From the human T2T-CHM13v2.0 reference genome, Homo sapiens: a stretch of DNA of 64,000 nucleotides. A model generated the notes under the pieces. It saw nothing but the letters and a program-made list of their open reading frames with translations. It made no database searches and was not told the origin of the DNA. Of the stretch, positions 13,032 through 28,230 are shown piece by piece. The stretch is from assembly GCF_009914755.1 (NCBI RefSeq), contig NC_060931.1; one strand, written 5' to 3'. The position numbers and the translations under genes were made by a program. Numbering within the stretch: the stretch's first letter is position 1; every line of letters starts with the position of its first letter.

Positions 13032-14692
13032 TACTTTATTATATTTTAAAATATTATCATGGTGTTTCTTTCAGCAGCACTTATTCTAAGGTAAGATCAA
13101 TGCAAAGATGCATGAAGAGAAGAGCACAACACCTACATAGGAACGACAGATAAATTTGTAAAACAGAATTTCTTTTTATTTATTGACATGTGTGGTAGTC
13201 ATGTTTTTCACAATCTTCATATGTATATTTTAATTTTCTAATTAAAAATATTTACTGAAAAAAATTAGTTATGTCAAAGGAGGAAAAATTGAAATTTTTT
13301 TGTTATTTAATACATATCTTATCAGACTGTGAGATGAGGATTTCATCTTATCATCAAAACAACATACAGAAGTTATAGTTGCCAACATGTAAAAATATGT
13401 AAGCCTGCTTATACACAACCACTTATGTATAGGAAATAGCATTTCAATAAATTCCTACACTAAGACTAAATGATAACATGGGGTTATACCTACTTAGTTT
13501 AGAATTTTAAGGTTGTAACTACTGGAAAGCAGTAAATAATTATGAAATAATTAAATTACGTTTTTGGATGTATGCTGTAGGACAATATAAGGATTCTTCA
13601 TAAAAATCCTAACCTTTTATATAAACGGATAAAGAAATGCCATCAAATCTACCATCAATGCCCATATTTAACAGCAAACATTTAATCTAAAAAAACTGCA
13701 CGTAGCAGGAAAACTATGACCTTGAGTTTCATATTCACATAAATTCTCCAGGAACACATGTACTGTTAAGATCAAAACACTTATAATGAGTTAAATGAAT
13801 CCTATATAGCCTAATTTTATTTTTTTAAAAAAGATGTGCTAAATTTATTAACACTATTTGTTTCTTTCTTCACTATTTAATGAAACACCTTAGGGAAGTA
13901 AACACCCTAGGGAAATAGGATAAAAAATTTAAATAATTTTCATAAGCATAACGCTATCTGGGAACACAAATAGGCAGATGTGAAAGGAACTTAGCATCAC
14001 ATGTGGAATTTAGGAACCAAGTCTTCATATCGGATTTGAATTTCATGGTATTTGACCAAACTCAGCAACTATCAATAACTAACATTTTAAATTCAACAAT
14101 TGATGATGACTTATGCAATCAAAAAGGGCAGCTTTTCTTTCAACAAATGAAAGAATTGTCCAGCACTCTTAGCAGTAATAGTTATTTAGTGAACATTTTT
14201 TATATTTCTAATGATAATGACATATGTTCATGCATTCCATCTTGTTTTAACATGCTTCAAATGCAACTGTTCCAACCCACTTGTATTTCTAATTGTGTCA
14301 CTATAAGGTAAACATTATAGAATAAGTTTGCACATGCTCATTGTTGGGGCCTTCTGGCCCAGAAACGAGCTGGATGTCTGGAAAATCGTTATCCCTAGGA
14401 GAAATCTGAATTTTGCTATAAATAATTTACCAGCTTCTACCAGAAATTCAAAAGTTCTCGAATCCCTGACTCAGTAAATATTCCTATGTTCGGTTTAACT
14501 CTGCTATTGAGAAAGTTAAAAATAGCTTAAAACAAATATATAAGTTTTATAAATAAATTGATATCATAAGTTCCATTATTTGTACCTTATATGACTGCCT
14601 TGTCATACAAGGTAAAAGAAGTTTCTTTTAGCTACACCTCCACATATCCCAGGTCATATCTTCCGTAACTCTTCTGGGACATGTCAAAACAC

Positions 14693-14912
14693 ACTAGCAC
14701 AGTGGTTAAGCGCACAGGCAAAAAGCCAAGGTCTGTCACTTGCTTTCTGTTTGTCCATGGGCCAGTTACTTAACCATACTGTGGCTCATGTTTCTCACCT
14801 GAAATTGTGGATAACAAGGGTATCTGATTCCTTCGTTGTAAGGACTAAGAAACCATGATGTAAAGCACCGCACCCTGCCCAGTACACAGTAAGTGATCCA
14901 TGAGTGTTAGTC
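14693..14912 (+). mobile_element. MIR
   Basis: AGCACAGTGGTTAAG..GGGCCAGTTACTTAACC..TGTAAAGCAC..ACACAGTAAGTG. Confidence 0.8.
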
Positions 14913-17469
14913 ATTTAAAAATCATTATATTCAATTTGTCTTAATTTTCTATTAAAACTCGATTTAAGAACAAGAGAAAATTATGGTTTTAAAGACAATT
15001 CATGATTATCTGAAAGTACAAGTACAGTTTGTAAGGCCTGTAAAGCAGAGTTTTCAGGAAAATACTATATAACATCCAAGAGTATGAAAGCAAATGAAGA
15101 AAATAATTTTAATTCTTTGAGATCATAAACACAAAGAAACAAGCAAGCAAATAAATTCCATTTGTATAGTTTAAACGGGGAGAATGAAAGTGATGGTTTG
15201 AATCTGATTATGAAGGATATAACATAATTGTATTTGGAGCACCTCTAATGCTACTCATTTAAATTAAATCACATAATTTATCAAGAAAGAGAAAATAACT
15301 AAATACCCGATCAACAATAACCTCATATAAAACTTTAAAATCAAAGTAGAATAAACATTGGTGAATATGTGTAGTACTTGACTTTTAAGATTTTTACTTG
15401 GATTAAAAAGATTCAAAGAAGTGTGCTTCCTTTAATGCCTTCTCCAGAAAGGATACTAGTTTCTAAAGGGGAAAACAAATTTTAAAAATCTTGTGGATCT
15501 TGTGAAATACGAAGATATAGTACATTCAATGGTATTTTCAAAGTATAACAATAATGTATGTCTGCAATTCAATATATCCTTTGTATTGAATCTTAACAGG
15601 TGGTAATTTAAAAAAAATTTATGCATCTATGAGACTTAATTCAGTGTTCTAGTCTCCATTCCCACACCTAGTATTTAGTTTTACAACTAGTATAGTATGG
15701 TTTAAAGGTGTAAAGTTTTTTAACAAACTCTTTATTAATGTTTTCTGTTTTCAGCTTTCTTTAAAATTTATTCTTCCTAAATATGATGCCACTTAGGAAC
15801 CTCACATAATTTATATTTTAGTAGTTGCTGACCATTTTTGAACATATGTCTGAAATTATTTTAGATAGTTAATTAAAATAATTTTTACATGAAAAAGAAT
15901 CATGTTTAAAAACAGCTATATTTGTTTATGATCAATTTTTGAAACTATTTTTACTTACATTAAAATTGTCATGTTTTTACCAAGTATATTTAGACATCCA
16001 TACCAGCTTATAAAACATAGTTTTGATCAAATTTCATTTATAATACCCTGTGATTATATATCAAACATAGCAAAACTTTCATAAATAGCAAGAAAACAAA
16101 AATTATTTTATTGACTATGGAAACTCGTAAAACAGTGAAGCAATGTCTCCTAACTTAAAACATGGCAAAATTGGATATCATATTGAGATTGAATTAGGTT
16201 TTGGTAGGTTAAACATAAAAAAATACTTTTAATAACATTTTAAACCATTTCAGATCTTGAACATGCCAGTATTATTTGTAACAGTTTTCAAAATTACTAT
16301 ATTTGTAGCATACCAAGAGTTGAAGTTGTCTCTGCCACAGATTCAAAGAGCTAGTATGTATCTTAGAACATCTTAATATTTCTGGTGGTTCTAACATGGA
16401 CTATTAAAAGAACATATTAAAAAATACATATTTGCATAAGGATGAAATGTTTCTCTAGCATGAACATTACTGTCCTCAAATCAAAATTAATAAAATTAAA
16501 AATTAATGTCAATGTATTATATAATTCCAAATAACATAATAAAATGTAGAAATATCATCTTATAATTAATACAAGTTTTATACTATCTTTATATATGCCT
16601 TCACATGAATTTATTATATTTTAAAGTATGACCTCATAACACTGTTTTAGAAACATTATTTGATGTACTGGACATGCAATATAGAAGCATAATATGGATC
16701 TTATTAAAGAGCTTCTATCATTAATGCTGAATTCATCTCTTTTACATTCTCTTAATACGTATAAGGGAGTAGTTCCTGGACTAATATATTCGTGTTCAGA
16801 AAGTAACTTGCAGTTCCCCAGTGCATACGCAATATGTATAGAATGAGTTGGGGTATTGTCTTGTGACAGTGAGACTAATAAAGTGCCAGAAATTTCAGCT
16901 TCTTTATCAGGCAGCCACATATTTATAAAAAAAACCTCTCTGGTCTTCCTATGTAGATATGTTTTCTTTCTTTCTTCTTTTTGCATGACTGTTCTGTTGA
17001 AGTCATGTGTTGAATATTTGTGCTATCTAATTTCCCCTCCACCCTTATCGCCCTCCTTATCTAGTTCTCTATCAACATAGTAGTATCAGTTTCTGAGCTG
17101 TGTTTAGTCTCATCCTTATATCCTCAGCTACATCTTAAAAACTGGACTTACATGAATATTAAAAAGTGCCTCAGTCAGGATAAGCAGGGGATTCCTGGGT
17201 TGAGCATACATACAGCTGCCGATGGATATTTCTCCATTTTTATTTTTTACATCTTTCCCTCTTGGAGAAAATATAATACCTCTTACTACATGATCTCAGA
17301 AGTTGACTTGAAAGCTAGCACGATGTTCTAAAACTAGCGCAACGTTCTGAATTTTTAAATACAGAGTTCAATTCAGATAGTCTCTCAAAATCCTCAATAA
17401 TTAAACTTATTTGTTTTTACCATGTGTTATAGCAACTGAGATAAAATTCTTGAATTTTCCAGGGATTGC

Positions 17470-17716
17470 TCAGCCTACTGGTTAAAAGTTCAGTCTCTGG
17501 CTATAAGATGGTTTGGTTGTAATTTCTATTTTGTTACTTATCAACTTTATCCTCTGAAAGAATTCACTTAATTTCTTTAAGTCCAGTTTCTGCATCTACG
17601 AAATAGGATTATCAGTTCTTATCAAATATGATTGTTGTGAGAATAAAATGAAATAATGCATGGAAAGCACTTAGTATCTTCTCTGGCACATAGCTAGCTC
17701 TAACAAATGTTAGCTT
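17470..17716 (+). mobile_element. MIR
   Basis: TGGTTAAAAG..CAGTTTCTGCATCT..GTTGTGAGAATAAAATGA..TGGCACATAG..AAATGTTAGC. Confidence 0.82.
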
Positions 17717-18907
17717 AATGGTCTTCCATTTTTACATGGACTATGATAGCAAGTATTTTCTAAAGATAGTAAGTAAATATGAAACTTAAAAGGAAGTCTG
17801 GAAACTCCCATATTCTCCTATCATATTTACAAATGTGTTTGTATAATTTGGCATTAAAATTCTCAACTCCCATTCCACAGTGTACATGTTTTTCAATGCA
17901 CAATTAGATAAGGTCCCTATTGCAGTATTAACAATACATTATTTTCCTCCGAACTTCTAATTCATTGAGCCTCTATGCACTGCCAAACTGAAATCCTAAT
18001 AAAAAGAACATACTTAATTGCTTTATTGGATGTGGAAATTGTTAGACTATACAAAATAAAAGGCAGAATGAAAAATATTTTTTTAGAATTTTCAACTAGA
18101 GACTACTAAATATGTTTGAAGAAAAGTCTATGAGGGAGGTCTTGGAGCTGATATAAATGCTTAGAAATGGTTTTGACAGAAAGCCAACCTAAAGTTATTT
18201 TTGAAGGCTTATTTGGATATTGTAATAACCAAAAATGTTTATGCATATCAAGAAATTTAGTTTTAATTACAACTTCTGTACTTTTTTAGAGTATTCAAAA
18301 CATGAGTTGTTATAGCATAATAAAAATAACAGTTTAAAATATATTTCCAAGTGATAAGTAGATCATTCCCTAAATCTTGCAAGATTTTCATTTGTACCTT
18401 CCAGAACAAGCATAATCTCCAACTACCGAAACATGTACTTTTACTTCTTTTGAACCACATGAATTCGGGATATCTATTACATTTACCACGGTATCCCCAA
18501 AGCTTAACACAGTCTCTGGTATGGAGTCAGATGTGAGTATTTATTTATTAAATAAATGAAAGAAGAACTCAGTCTCATCTTTGCTTCACCAGCCCACTTC
18601 TTTGACATATGATGGAGAAGCTTTTCAAATCTCTTTACAGTATCATTGTGTATAATATCATAAAAACTCAAAAACTTTGTGTCTCCCCAAGTGTCCAAGG
18701 AACATATGGGAATGTGGGGACTAAACTAGAAAGAACTATAGATGTTATAAAGATTCATACCCTCCAAAACGGGAGGAATAACTGAGTGATTCAGGGACAT
18801 TCTTTGTAATTCTGGGTATCTTTTTGCAAGTTTTTAGAACCACATTTTTTTTTCTAACATCACTTGAGAATATCCTAGAAAACCCCTGTGTGTAGAGAAG
18901 GGCCACG

Positions 18908-18980
18908 AGATAATGGTGAGAATTTGAACTTTGGAGTCAGACAGGCTTGATTATGAATTCCAGTTTTACCATTTCCAGGA
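18908..18980 (+). mobile_element. MIR 5' fragment
   Basis: ACTTTGGAGTCAGACAGGCTTG..TGAATTCCAG. Confidence 0.6.
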
Positions 18981-19231
18981 TAAGATTTTCTTTGAAATTT
19001 AGCAGGTAACGGCAACTTTGCTATGTTTTTGCATTTGAATTAATGTACTTTAAAATCTGTATCTACATAGTACTTGCAAAATAAACAATGGCTATTATGA
19101 CAATTATTTCTTTCTTTTTGATACAATTATTTCTTATTATAGACTAGGAGAGTTCCTTTCCCTCAACTGGTTATGGTTTGCACATGAATCATGTTGGTAG
19201 TTATAATTCAGAAGTGAGCAAATGCTCATTT

Positions 19232-19540
19232 AACTGTCGCAAGAACAAAAAACCAAACACGGCATGTTCTCACTCATAGGTGGGAACTGAACAATGAGAA
19301 CACTTGAACACAGGAAGGGGAACATAACACACCGGGGCCTGTCGTGAGGTGGGGGTAGAGGGGGAGGGAAAGCATTAGGGGAGATAGCTAATGTAAATGA
19401 TGAGTTAATGGGTGCAGCACACCAACATGGCACATGTATACATATGTAACAAACCTGCACATTGTGCACATGTACCCTAGAACTTTAAGTATAATAAAAT
19501 AAATAAATAAATAAATAAATAAACATTAAAAAAGAAAAAA
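19232..19540 (+). mobile_element. L1PA4/5-like 3' end with (TAAA)n tail
   Basis: CATGTTCTCACTCATAGGTGGGAA..GAGTTAATGGGTGCAGCACACCAACATGGCAC..GTACCCTAGAACTT. Confidence 0.93.
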
Positions 19541-21059
19541 TTAGAAAAAATTAATTAGAAAAAAATCAATTTGCAAAGTTTTGTCAAGTTTCTCCCTCTT
19601 CCTATCCCTGTTGGCTCAGTAAAAAAAAAAAAAAAATTATAATAAGAAAATGATATTTCAATGGGATTATTTACTATCACGTTTCTACTTCTCCTTCTCT
19701 CTTCCTGTGAATTGTTGAGTTGTATCCAGAAGACAAAGCATAAAATTAAGTAGAATTTAAAGACATATTTGAGAACTATCCATTAAGCATTTATCCTGTC
19801 TATACAATTCCCACATTTATAGAAAATTCACAGCACAGACCTTTTCCTAAATAAATGCAAACCCAGATTAAAAAGAGGATGAGAGAGCAATGTCTAATTG
19901 GTAAAATATGCAAGCTACTCAGAGGAAAAATGTAGAGATGTAGAGATTATTGCTATCTTGGGTAAGAAAGAATGTAGAGTTCAATTGTAATAGTGCATGC
20001 GTGTGTCCTTTGGAATGCCAATGAAGAGCAACGAATTCTTGATTATAAAACAATGAGAAAAAGATATCTTTCTATCCTTGGCACTTCAATAAATCAGTTT
20101 TTCAGACAATGCTTCAGCAAAATTCTTGTACTGCATTATCCTCATAAAATCAAGATTTCTCCTTTAAAAAGTTGACTTCTGTACTATTTTACTTAATCAT
20201 TCAACAAGGGCTGCCAACTTCCAGGGATTATCATAAGCATCAGCATTAAGTATACACAGAACTTTGATTTTCCAAATATTGCATTTGATTTATTTAAAGC
20301 AAGCTTATATCATCTATCTATTGATCAATCAATGTAGCGCAATATGGTAAAGTAACATATTAAAAAACATTTTTATAATCTGTAAATGGTATTTCAAGAT
20401 TATTTTAGTTTAAAACAATTGAATTATACAATTGTCTACAATATGTTTTTATTTAAAATATTAAAGGAAAGTAAAATCATTATGCATTGAAAGGCATATT
20501 ATGCTTTCTCTTGCTAAAAAATATAATGTGTATCAACTGGGAAAATACATTTTTATTTTTTACTATTTACAGATTTTTATTATCATTTAACTTGAACAAT
20601 TCAATTCTGATGTTTTATATAAGTGTCAGATTTTCCAGTTACTCTTTGATAAAGAATGCAAAGGGAACATGAACAGGGATCCACCATGCTTTAGCGGAAA
20701 GTGCTCTGAGTTAAGGGTCTAAAGACATGACTGTAGTCCTGGACATCTTATTTTCAGGAATTCAATTAGCCACTCAGGGTCAGGGTTTTTTAATGTAAAT
20801 TTAGTATGTTGATATGTCATCAATATAACAGGAATGTGACTTATGTAGTTTTAGCCAAGCAAAGTGTCTATGAATATTTTTTAAATGATTAACAACATAC
20901 ATAGACTTTTTTCTTTAAAAAGAGATTAACCTTTTTGACTTAATTCAGTTTTACTTTTTCAGGGATCAATGTTATTAAATCTTATTTACAGCAGAGTCAG
21001 ATATGAGAAACTCTGATTTCAGATATTATAATTTATTTTTATCAAATAGAGAAGTAACA

Positions 21060-21270
21060 TGTATTACATATGGTATATATGATATACATAAAAGGCATAT
21101 ATGATGTGTATATATGTGATGTATATATATGACATAGATATGACATATATAGTATATACATAGGGTATATACAGGATATGATATATAAGACATATATATG
21201 GTACATACATAGGGGTGTGTGTGTGTATATATATAAATCTCATATATACTCACACACATAACACAGACAC
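21060..21270. repeat. Degenerate (TA)/(TG)/(CA) low-complexity tract
   Basis: Seen directly. Confidence 0.8.
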
Positions 21271-22129
21271 TACAGGGATATGGCAAGGGAATATCTGCTC
21301 TTTATCAAAGTTGTCATCAGTATTAATGATACCTTTAATAATGTACACGCTATTTTTTACCTACGATTAATTTTTCTACTCCATTTTCATGCCACTAATG
21401 TAGCACCGAGTTCCTCTGATTGAATGCCTGGGTTGCTACAATTGGTATTCTGGACTTGACCCATAGACTTCAATCCTGGAAATGGATAATTTGTTTTCTG
21501 TGCTTGTTTTCTTCAAATGTTTGCTTTCATAATGCCATCTCTAATTTGAAATATAAACTCCCTAGGTTGGTATCCAAATCCCTTCTTTAACTACACAAAT
21601 TACTTTCCTTATTCCTCAATGTGCACTCCCTGTTCCAGGCAAAATAGTCAATGAACACATCCCATCTAAATTATATTCATTTCCTTCTTCCTCTGTGTGA
21701 TGTTCTGCTGTCCTGATCCAACCTTATCCAAAAAACATTTCTGGGTAAGTTCGAGGTCAACACACTCACACACTTTCTACCAGGGTAACTACAGCAGATT
21801 TTTCTCAACTACATCGACTTACAGTCAAATTTTCTTGCATATGGCCTGAATTTTACATGCCTCTTACCTCTCCAAAAAATTTGGAAAGATGCTTAGGCAC
21901 AGAAAATGTATACTCTCTTAAATCTACTTCAGATAGCCCATAGAAGCTGAATGGGCTCAAAGTAAAAGCATAATAAATGTTTAGTAGACAGATAAGAAGT
22001 CAAACAATTATATAGAGGAAACATAATAGTTATCTGCTGTTCTGACTCATTAAACAATTAATTAATTTTAGGAATAAAATGTTCTGTAAATTTTATAAGA
22101 GCAATAACTGATATTCTTTTTTAATTCAT

Positions 22130-22342
<213 letters not shown>

Positions 22343-22472
22343 TGATTATATAAAACATTTACATAACTCAAATATCATAATTATATTACATGTGTATTAA
22401 CATGAATACCTTTCACCCCTTTCTTTCCATTTTGTGCCTCCCTTTTATAATATATAATTTATAATATATAAA

Positions 22473-22528
22473 TTAAATTATATATATTTAATTTAATATA
22501 TATATTAAATTAAATATATATAATTTAA
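22473..22528. repeat. Perfect 56-bp AT-only palindrome
   Basis: Arms of 28 nt pair exactly about the 22500/22501 centre, checked base by base. Confidence 0.95.
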
Positions 22529-22724
22529 GTTCTAGGATACTTGTGCAGAATGTGCAGGTGGGTTACATAGGTATACACGTGCCATGGTGGTTTGCTGTAC
22601 CATCAACCCGTCATCTACATTAGGTATTTCTCCTAATGCTATCCCTCCCCTGCCCCCTACCTGCTGACAGGCCCCGATGTGTGATATTCCCCCCTGTCCA
22701 TATGTTCTCATTGTTCAACTCCCA
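22524..22724 (-). mobile_element. L1PA7-like 3' end
   Basis: TTTAAGTTCTAGGATAC..GTGCCATGGTGGTTTGCTG..CCCGTCATCTACATTAGGTATTTCTCCTAATGCTATCCC. Confidence 0.9.
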
Positions 22725-23215
22725 TTTTGGAGGTTGCTGGAAGATCAAGATTTGGTTTTGGATATGCTCTGGCTTTCTATTGGACGTTCACCTGGCAACA
22801 TTGAGAAGGCAGCTGAATTAAAGTCAAAAGGTGAAGGCAGTAGTCAAAGATAAATGTATAATTTTGGCAGTCATAAGTATAAGGGTGGCATTTATGAGAG
22901 GTGAGATTGCCAAGGGAAGAAATTCAGATAGAGGAAAAAATAGGTGCAAGGACTGATCCCTGGCACACTCCATTATTCAAAGGTCAGAGAGATGAGGCTG
23001 AACCAGCAACTGAGACTGGTAAAATCTACTTGTGGAGAAGGACAATGAGAAATATGTAAGACTCTGGATTCCTGTGAAATCTTCACAGGAATCAGAAATC
23101 AGAGGAAGATAAAGTGATCAGCAGAGCCACTGGGTTAAATGTTACTAATATGTCAATAAAGTAAGATCTGAGCACTGATTATTAGATTTAAACAGTACTA
23201 AAGAGTTATGCAATG
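22725..23215 (-). mobile_element. L2 fragment
   Basis: GATCAAGATTTGGTTTTGGATATG..GGCAGTCAT..GGACTGA.CCCTGG..ACTCCA..GAACCAGCAA.TGAGACTG. Confidence 0.75.
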
Positions 23216-24139
23216 TAGCAAAAATATCGTTATTCAAATAGATATATACATTTATATATACTATTTTATCTTCACAATGAAAACATCATTTTATATCAGC
23301 AAATGCTTTTAAGTTAAGATTTATAGCATCCTGAAATCCATGTAATAATATTTCTGTCTTTTTCACAAAGGGACTACAGATGAATGCTATTCTTTAAGAA
23401 CAATGCTTTTGAACTTATAATGAAAATGTTTCTAAAGAAGTGAATAAATATTATTTATTATAACATTTAATCTAACCTAAGATGTCATTTTAATATACTT
23501 CATTATTTTATGTCTCACTAAGAAAACAATCTTGTCAATTTTAACTATGACATGGCATTGGTTGTAGGATGCCATTGATTTCAGAGATATTGAAGTGAGA
23601 AAAAATAACCATTTTAAAACTTATGAAATACTATTGTATTTTCTTCTTTTTGTGACTATATTAAGATGTACATTCTATTTCTCTATCAAAGAATTAGACA
23701 AATGATAAATACTGTTATTTACAGTGCTGTTGCAGAATAAACAACTATTCTCAGCACACAACAAACACACCTAATAAACACCTTTTACCTCCCTGAGTAG
23801 AGGGCAACATTGTAAACTATTATAACCACAGAAAAAGTGATCAAAACAAGTTAAATTAGATAAACTTGTTGCATGCTGTCATTAATTATTACACATGCTA
23901 CTATTAATTACATTAATATATTAACAATATATTACTGCAGACTACTATTATCATATAATTTTCAAAATGTTTATATATTAGCATATTTACTAATATTAAA
24001 AAATTAAGTTTATAAGAGCATTTATTTAATGTTTTTTAACATCAATAAAAATGTTTTATTTTACTCAATATAAAATAATAATTCATTTATTAAATAAGAC
24101 TTCTGCATTTTCTCTTTTCCTCAAATATGCAAAACTTTG

Positions 24140-24320
24140 ATTGTGACAGAGTGAAAATGCACGGCATTAGAAATCATATAAGTTAAGGTCTGGTTTACAT
24201 CCAGCCAGTAGATGTTGGTAAATTATTCTATTTTTGTGAATTACAGTTTTCTCATCTTTAAATGAAGGGACTAGTGATGATGGGATTTAAGGTGACTTAC
24301 TGTTCTGATATGTACAGGAT
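24140..24320 (+). mobile_element. MIR3-like
   Basis: CAGTTTTCTCATCTTTAAATGAAGGGACTAG..TTTAAGGT..CTGTTCTGA. Confidence 0.65.
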
Positions 24321-27145
24321 CACTTACATTAAAAAGAAAAATTGAGACACTGTTGATCATAGTCACTTCAAACATCAGCACAAATTTCTGTCCAACATTT
24401 TATAGCAGAGTTTTATCTATATCTATATCTATATATCTCTATATATAATAATCATATTATTTACTCCCTATAATCTATAGCCTACAACCTGCAAGACACG
24501 AACACATTATTAAGTGCTTCTGTTAAGGAGTCATTATTAAGAGATAAATCTATTTAATACAAGTTTCTTCTGGTTTCCCTGGGGATTGGCCTAATAATGA
24601 ATGAATTAATGTATATTTTGCTGCTGCTTAATTATTCCATTAATAATAGACTGTGATTATTATAAAAGTAGTTTTTCACATTCTACCATTAAAAAAATGG
24701 TAGGTATACAAAAAGAAAATCAAAACACCATCTTCCTATCAACACCTCAGTTAGAGATGATCACTGTTAAAATCTTCTTTATTTTTCCCTATTTTCTATG
24801 CATATACATAAATGTATTTTACAACAATGAGATTATATCAATAATCTAGTTTATAAACTACTAATGAGTTAATTGTTTCCACTTTACTCATCACTATGTT
24901 TTCATTTTATTTAATATTCAGTTCACATTAAAAATTTCAGAGATGTTTCAAAACTGTTTTTATAGGTGATTTGTCCAATTTGACGTCTAATTCTAAGCAC
25001 ATTATAACTAGTTGCAGCACTATCATTTTTAATATAGCACACATATTAACCCCCTCTCTTATTTTTCATGACATTAACTTGTTGAAGAGGGACAAGTTCA
25101 AGTTATTCCTTTTAAAATGCTTTAACCTCTTCAGGAATTTTAACATTGTCAAAAACTTAATAATTTATTTCAAAACCATATGTCAACTAACTGCACAGTA
25201 TGCCCTATTTCTCAGTTTTTATTGGAATCCAGAGAAAATTAATCATTGTACTATTGGGGATTCTGTGCTAATATTTAAAAAAAAGATTGGTGTCTTGATC
25301 TTTCTCCACTGGAAGAAGGACATGATGCATGTCCTCCCTAGCACAGGATCACTGCCCTACATGAATGACCACAAAGTCTTTCTAAGGATAGTCTTAACTA
25401 TTACTGAAATTTAAATTACTTAAGTTCCCTTCTTTGTGATCTCTATAAATCATTTCTGGCACATATTCTTTCACCCATCAGAGCAAATCTAAATAAGAAC
25501 ATGTTCCTTTTGGGCTGAATAGTACCAGTTTACCTAAATTAATGTTTATTTAGTATCTAATAATGTTTTCTATTGAGAGAAACTGGGCTCTGTTTTCTCA
25601 AGGTTTTTGCCAAGTCTCATAAATCTGGGAAAAGGCGGTCAGTGTAACCCCTACTAATAACCAAAGTGGCCACACACAGAATAAACAAGGGCCCAGTTTA
25701 TAAAGCCTTCACTGAAAGACCTTCTTGGAGTAAATTTAGATTTCTCAGTATTAATTTATGATGTGTGCAATGCACTTTGCACTCAAAAAAAGAGAATAGG
25801 AAAAAGAGTTAAAAAATGCATTAACCAAATCTTTAATGCATCAAGGTACTATTTAAATTTAATAGCCAGCAAAATAGAAGGTAAGAGAAAAAAAAAAACC
25901 AAGTTTCTGTGAACTATACAGAAGTTGGCAATGCATTTTAGTTTTGATGTATTAAAATTTCTAAGCAATTATTGACATATATCAACATTGCTGAAAAGGA
26001 CAATTCGCTCAGTGTCTCTTACCAATTTCTAAATTACTCAATTGCTTATTTAATCAAGGTTTGAGATATCATCTCTCTACCAATATAATAAATTTTTGAA
26101 CCAACAATATCTAGTAAAACACTGAGAAAGTACTTAGTTTTATCTACACCCTCAGTGTCAGCCAAAGTTAATTCCATATGAATTTTATTGCTTTAAAATC
26201 AAAATTTATTTCTCTAGACATGAAATTATAACCTTATTTAAAACTCAATAATAAAATCTTTCTAAAGATGTCATAATTTATTTATAAAAGACACAGATTA
26301 CATCAGGGAAATAAGGCATCTAGCTCACGGTTGTCCTATTTTTATTTAATCATTCTCCATGGTAATATGGTATTTTCCCCAATTTGCATTGGATATGGAT
26401 CTCAAGAGCAGAACGTAGACAAGTTTTAGGAAGAAGAATAAAGGCTTTGGATATTTGTTTTATTTCAGAGAGTCCAGAAAGAGATTCTTTAGAAGAAAGC
26501 AAAGAAGGATGGCATTTTTTTTTTTTTTTTTTTAGTGTCTAAAAACCCCATCAATGTTTTCTTTAATTTTATGGCTCCTCTTGCTTTTACACTAGAAAGA
26601 TTCCCAGACTAACCACATGATGTGAATGGAATAACCTTTTCTCTCTTCGGCTGGGTGATGGTTTCTCAAAATAAATACAACCCATCTTATACTTTTTCTT
26701 TTCTGAATATGTCTTTCTTGAGCCATATCCATGAGTTGAAAAGACTTTCTCTGGGAATCCCAAATGCTGAGACAATGCCATCTTAGTTAGGAAAAGTAAT
26801 GCCAAGAGCAATTCTACCTTAGACAACTTACTAAACTTTTTTATCTTTTCAATAAATATGGCTTTCATATGTTTACTCATAATGCAATAATTATTTCTAA
26901 TAAGACAAACTTACAATTAGTTATTCACAATAATGACAATGAGTACCTATCACATAGCTATCATGGTACAACACACAATTAGGTATGAAACTGATATGAC
27001 ATGGTACCTGCATATAAAATCAGGTCATATGAGAAAAGTGATTAGCAGAATGTCTAACATATATGCACTAAAGTAAATGTTAATACTTTTATTATAATTC
27101 CAGTGATTTCAAAGTGATTAAAAATAAGAATAGCATAAAAATATA

Positions 27146-27490
27146 CAGTCATGCTTTAACAATGAGAATATGTTCTGATAAATTTGTCATTAGGTGATTT
27201 CATCATTGTTCGAACATCATAGAGGGAACTTAAACAAACCTAGATGGTACAGCCTACTACACATCTAGACTATAGGGTATAGCCCATTGCTCCCAGGCAA
27301 CAAATCTGTACAGCATGTTACTGTACTGAACACTATAACCAATTGTTACACAATGGGAAGTATTTATGTATTTAAACTTATCTAAACATAGAAGAGATAC
27401 AACAAAAATAAAATATTATAATCTTAGGGGAACACCATCCTATGTGTAGTCTGTGAGTTGATGGAAAAGTTGTTATGCAGCACATGACTG
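27146..27490 (-). mobile_element. Tigger3a/MER7A-like TcMar MITE
   Basis: TA|CAGTCATG...CATGACTG|TA termini; internal CTGTACAGCATGTTACTGTACTGAA. Confidence 0.9.
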
Positions 27491-27529
27491 TAATATATAG
27501 TAATATAATCCAGTTGTATAATATCGTCT

Positions 27530-28230
27530 AGTGCTCTCTAGTAAAAATATAATATGAGACATGTAATTTTTTTTTTTTTGAGATGGAGTCTTGCTCTATC
27601 ACCCAGGCTGTAGTGCAGTAGCATGGTCTTGGCTCACTGCAATCTCTGCCTCCTGGGTTCAAGCTTCAGCCTCCCGAGTAGCTGGGACCACAGGCATGCG
27701 CCACCACACCTGGCGAATTTTTGTATTTTTAGTAGAGACGGGGTTTCACCATGTTGGCCAGGCTGGTCTCAAATGCCTGACCTCAAGTGATCCGCTCACC
27801 TCTGCCTCCCAAAGTACTGGGATTACAGGCATGAGGCACCGAGCCTGGCCCGAGACTTGTAATTTTAAATTTTCTTACAGTTATATATGAAAGTAAAAAG
27901 TAACAGATAAAACCAATTCTTATATATTTAATCCAATATATAATCATTTTAACATGTATACAATATAAAATTATTAATCAAAAAACCATTTTCATGCTAA
28001 GTCTTCAGATTCAGGTGTGCATTTTACATTTTCAGTTTTTCTCTATGTGGATGCTGAATTTTATTAGCAATAAAAATTGGTTTGTATTCTGATTTCATAA
28101 AATTTACAACTAAAAGAGGAGATTGAATTTACTCAAGTTGTTTCAAACAAATGTAAAAGTTTTCTGATAACTGAATCGAGTATCATTTATTAAATTTAAA
28201 TTAATTAAATTAAATAACATAAAAGTTGAA
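27530..28230. mobile_element. MER33/Charlie5-like hAT element interrupted by an Alu
   Basis: AAATATAATATGAG..TGTAATTTTAAATTTTC..TTTAATCCAATATAT..CTAAGTCTTCAGATTCAGGTGTG. Confidence 0.7.
27567..27851 (-). mobile_element. AluS (Sx/Sz-like) with small internal deletion
   Basis: Dimer; TSD GAGAC(A/T)TGTAATTTT. Confidence 0.95.
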
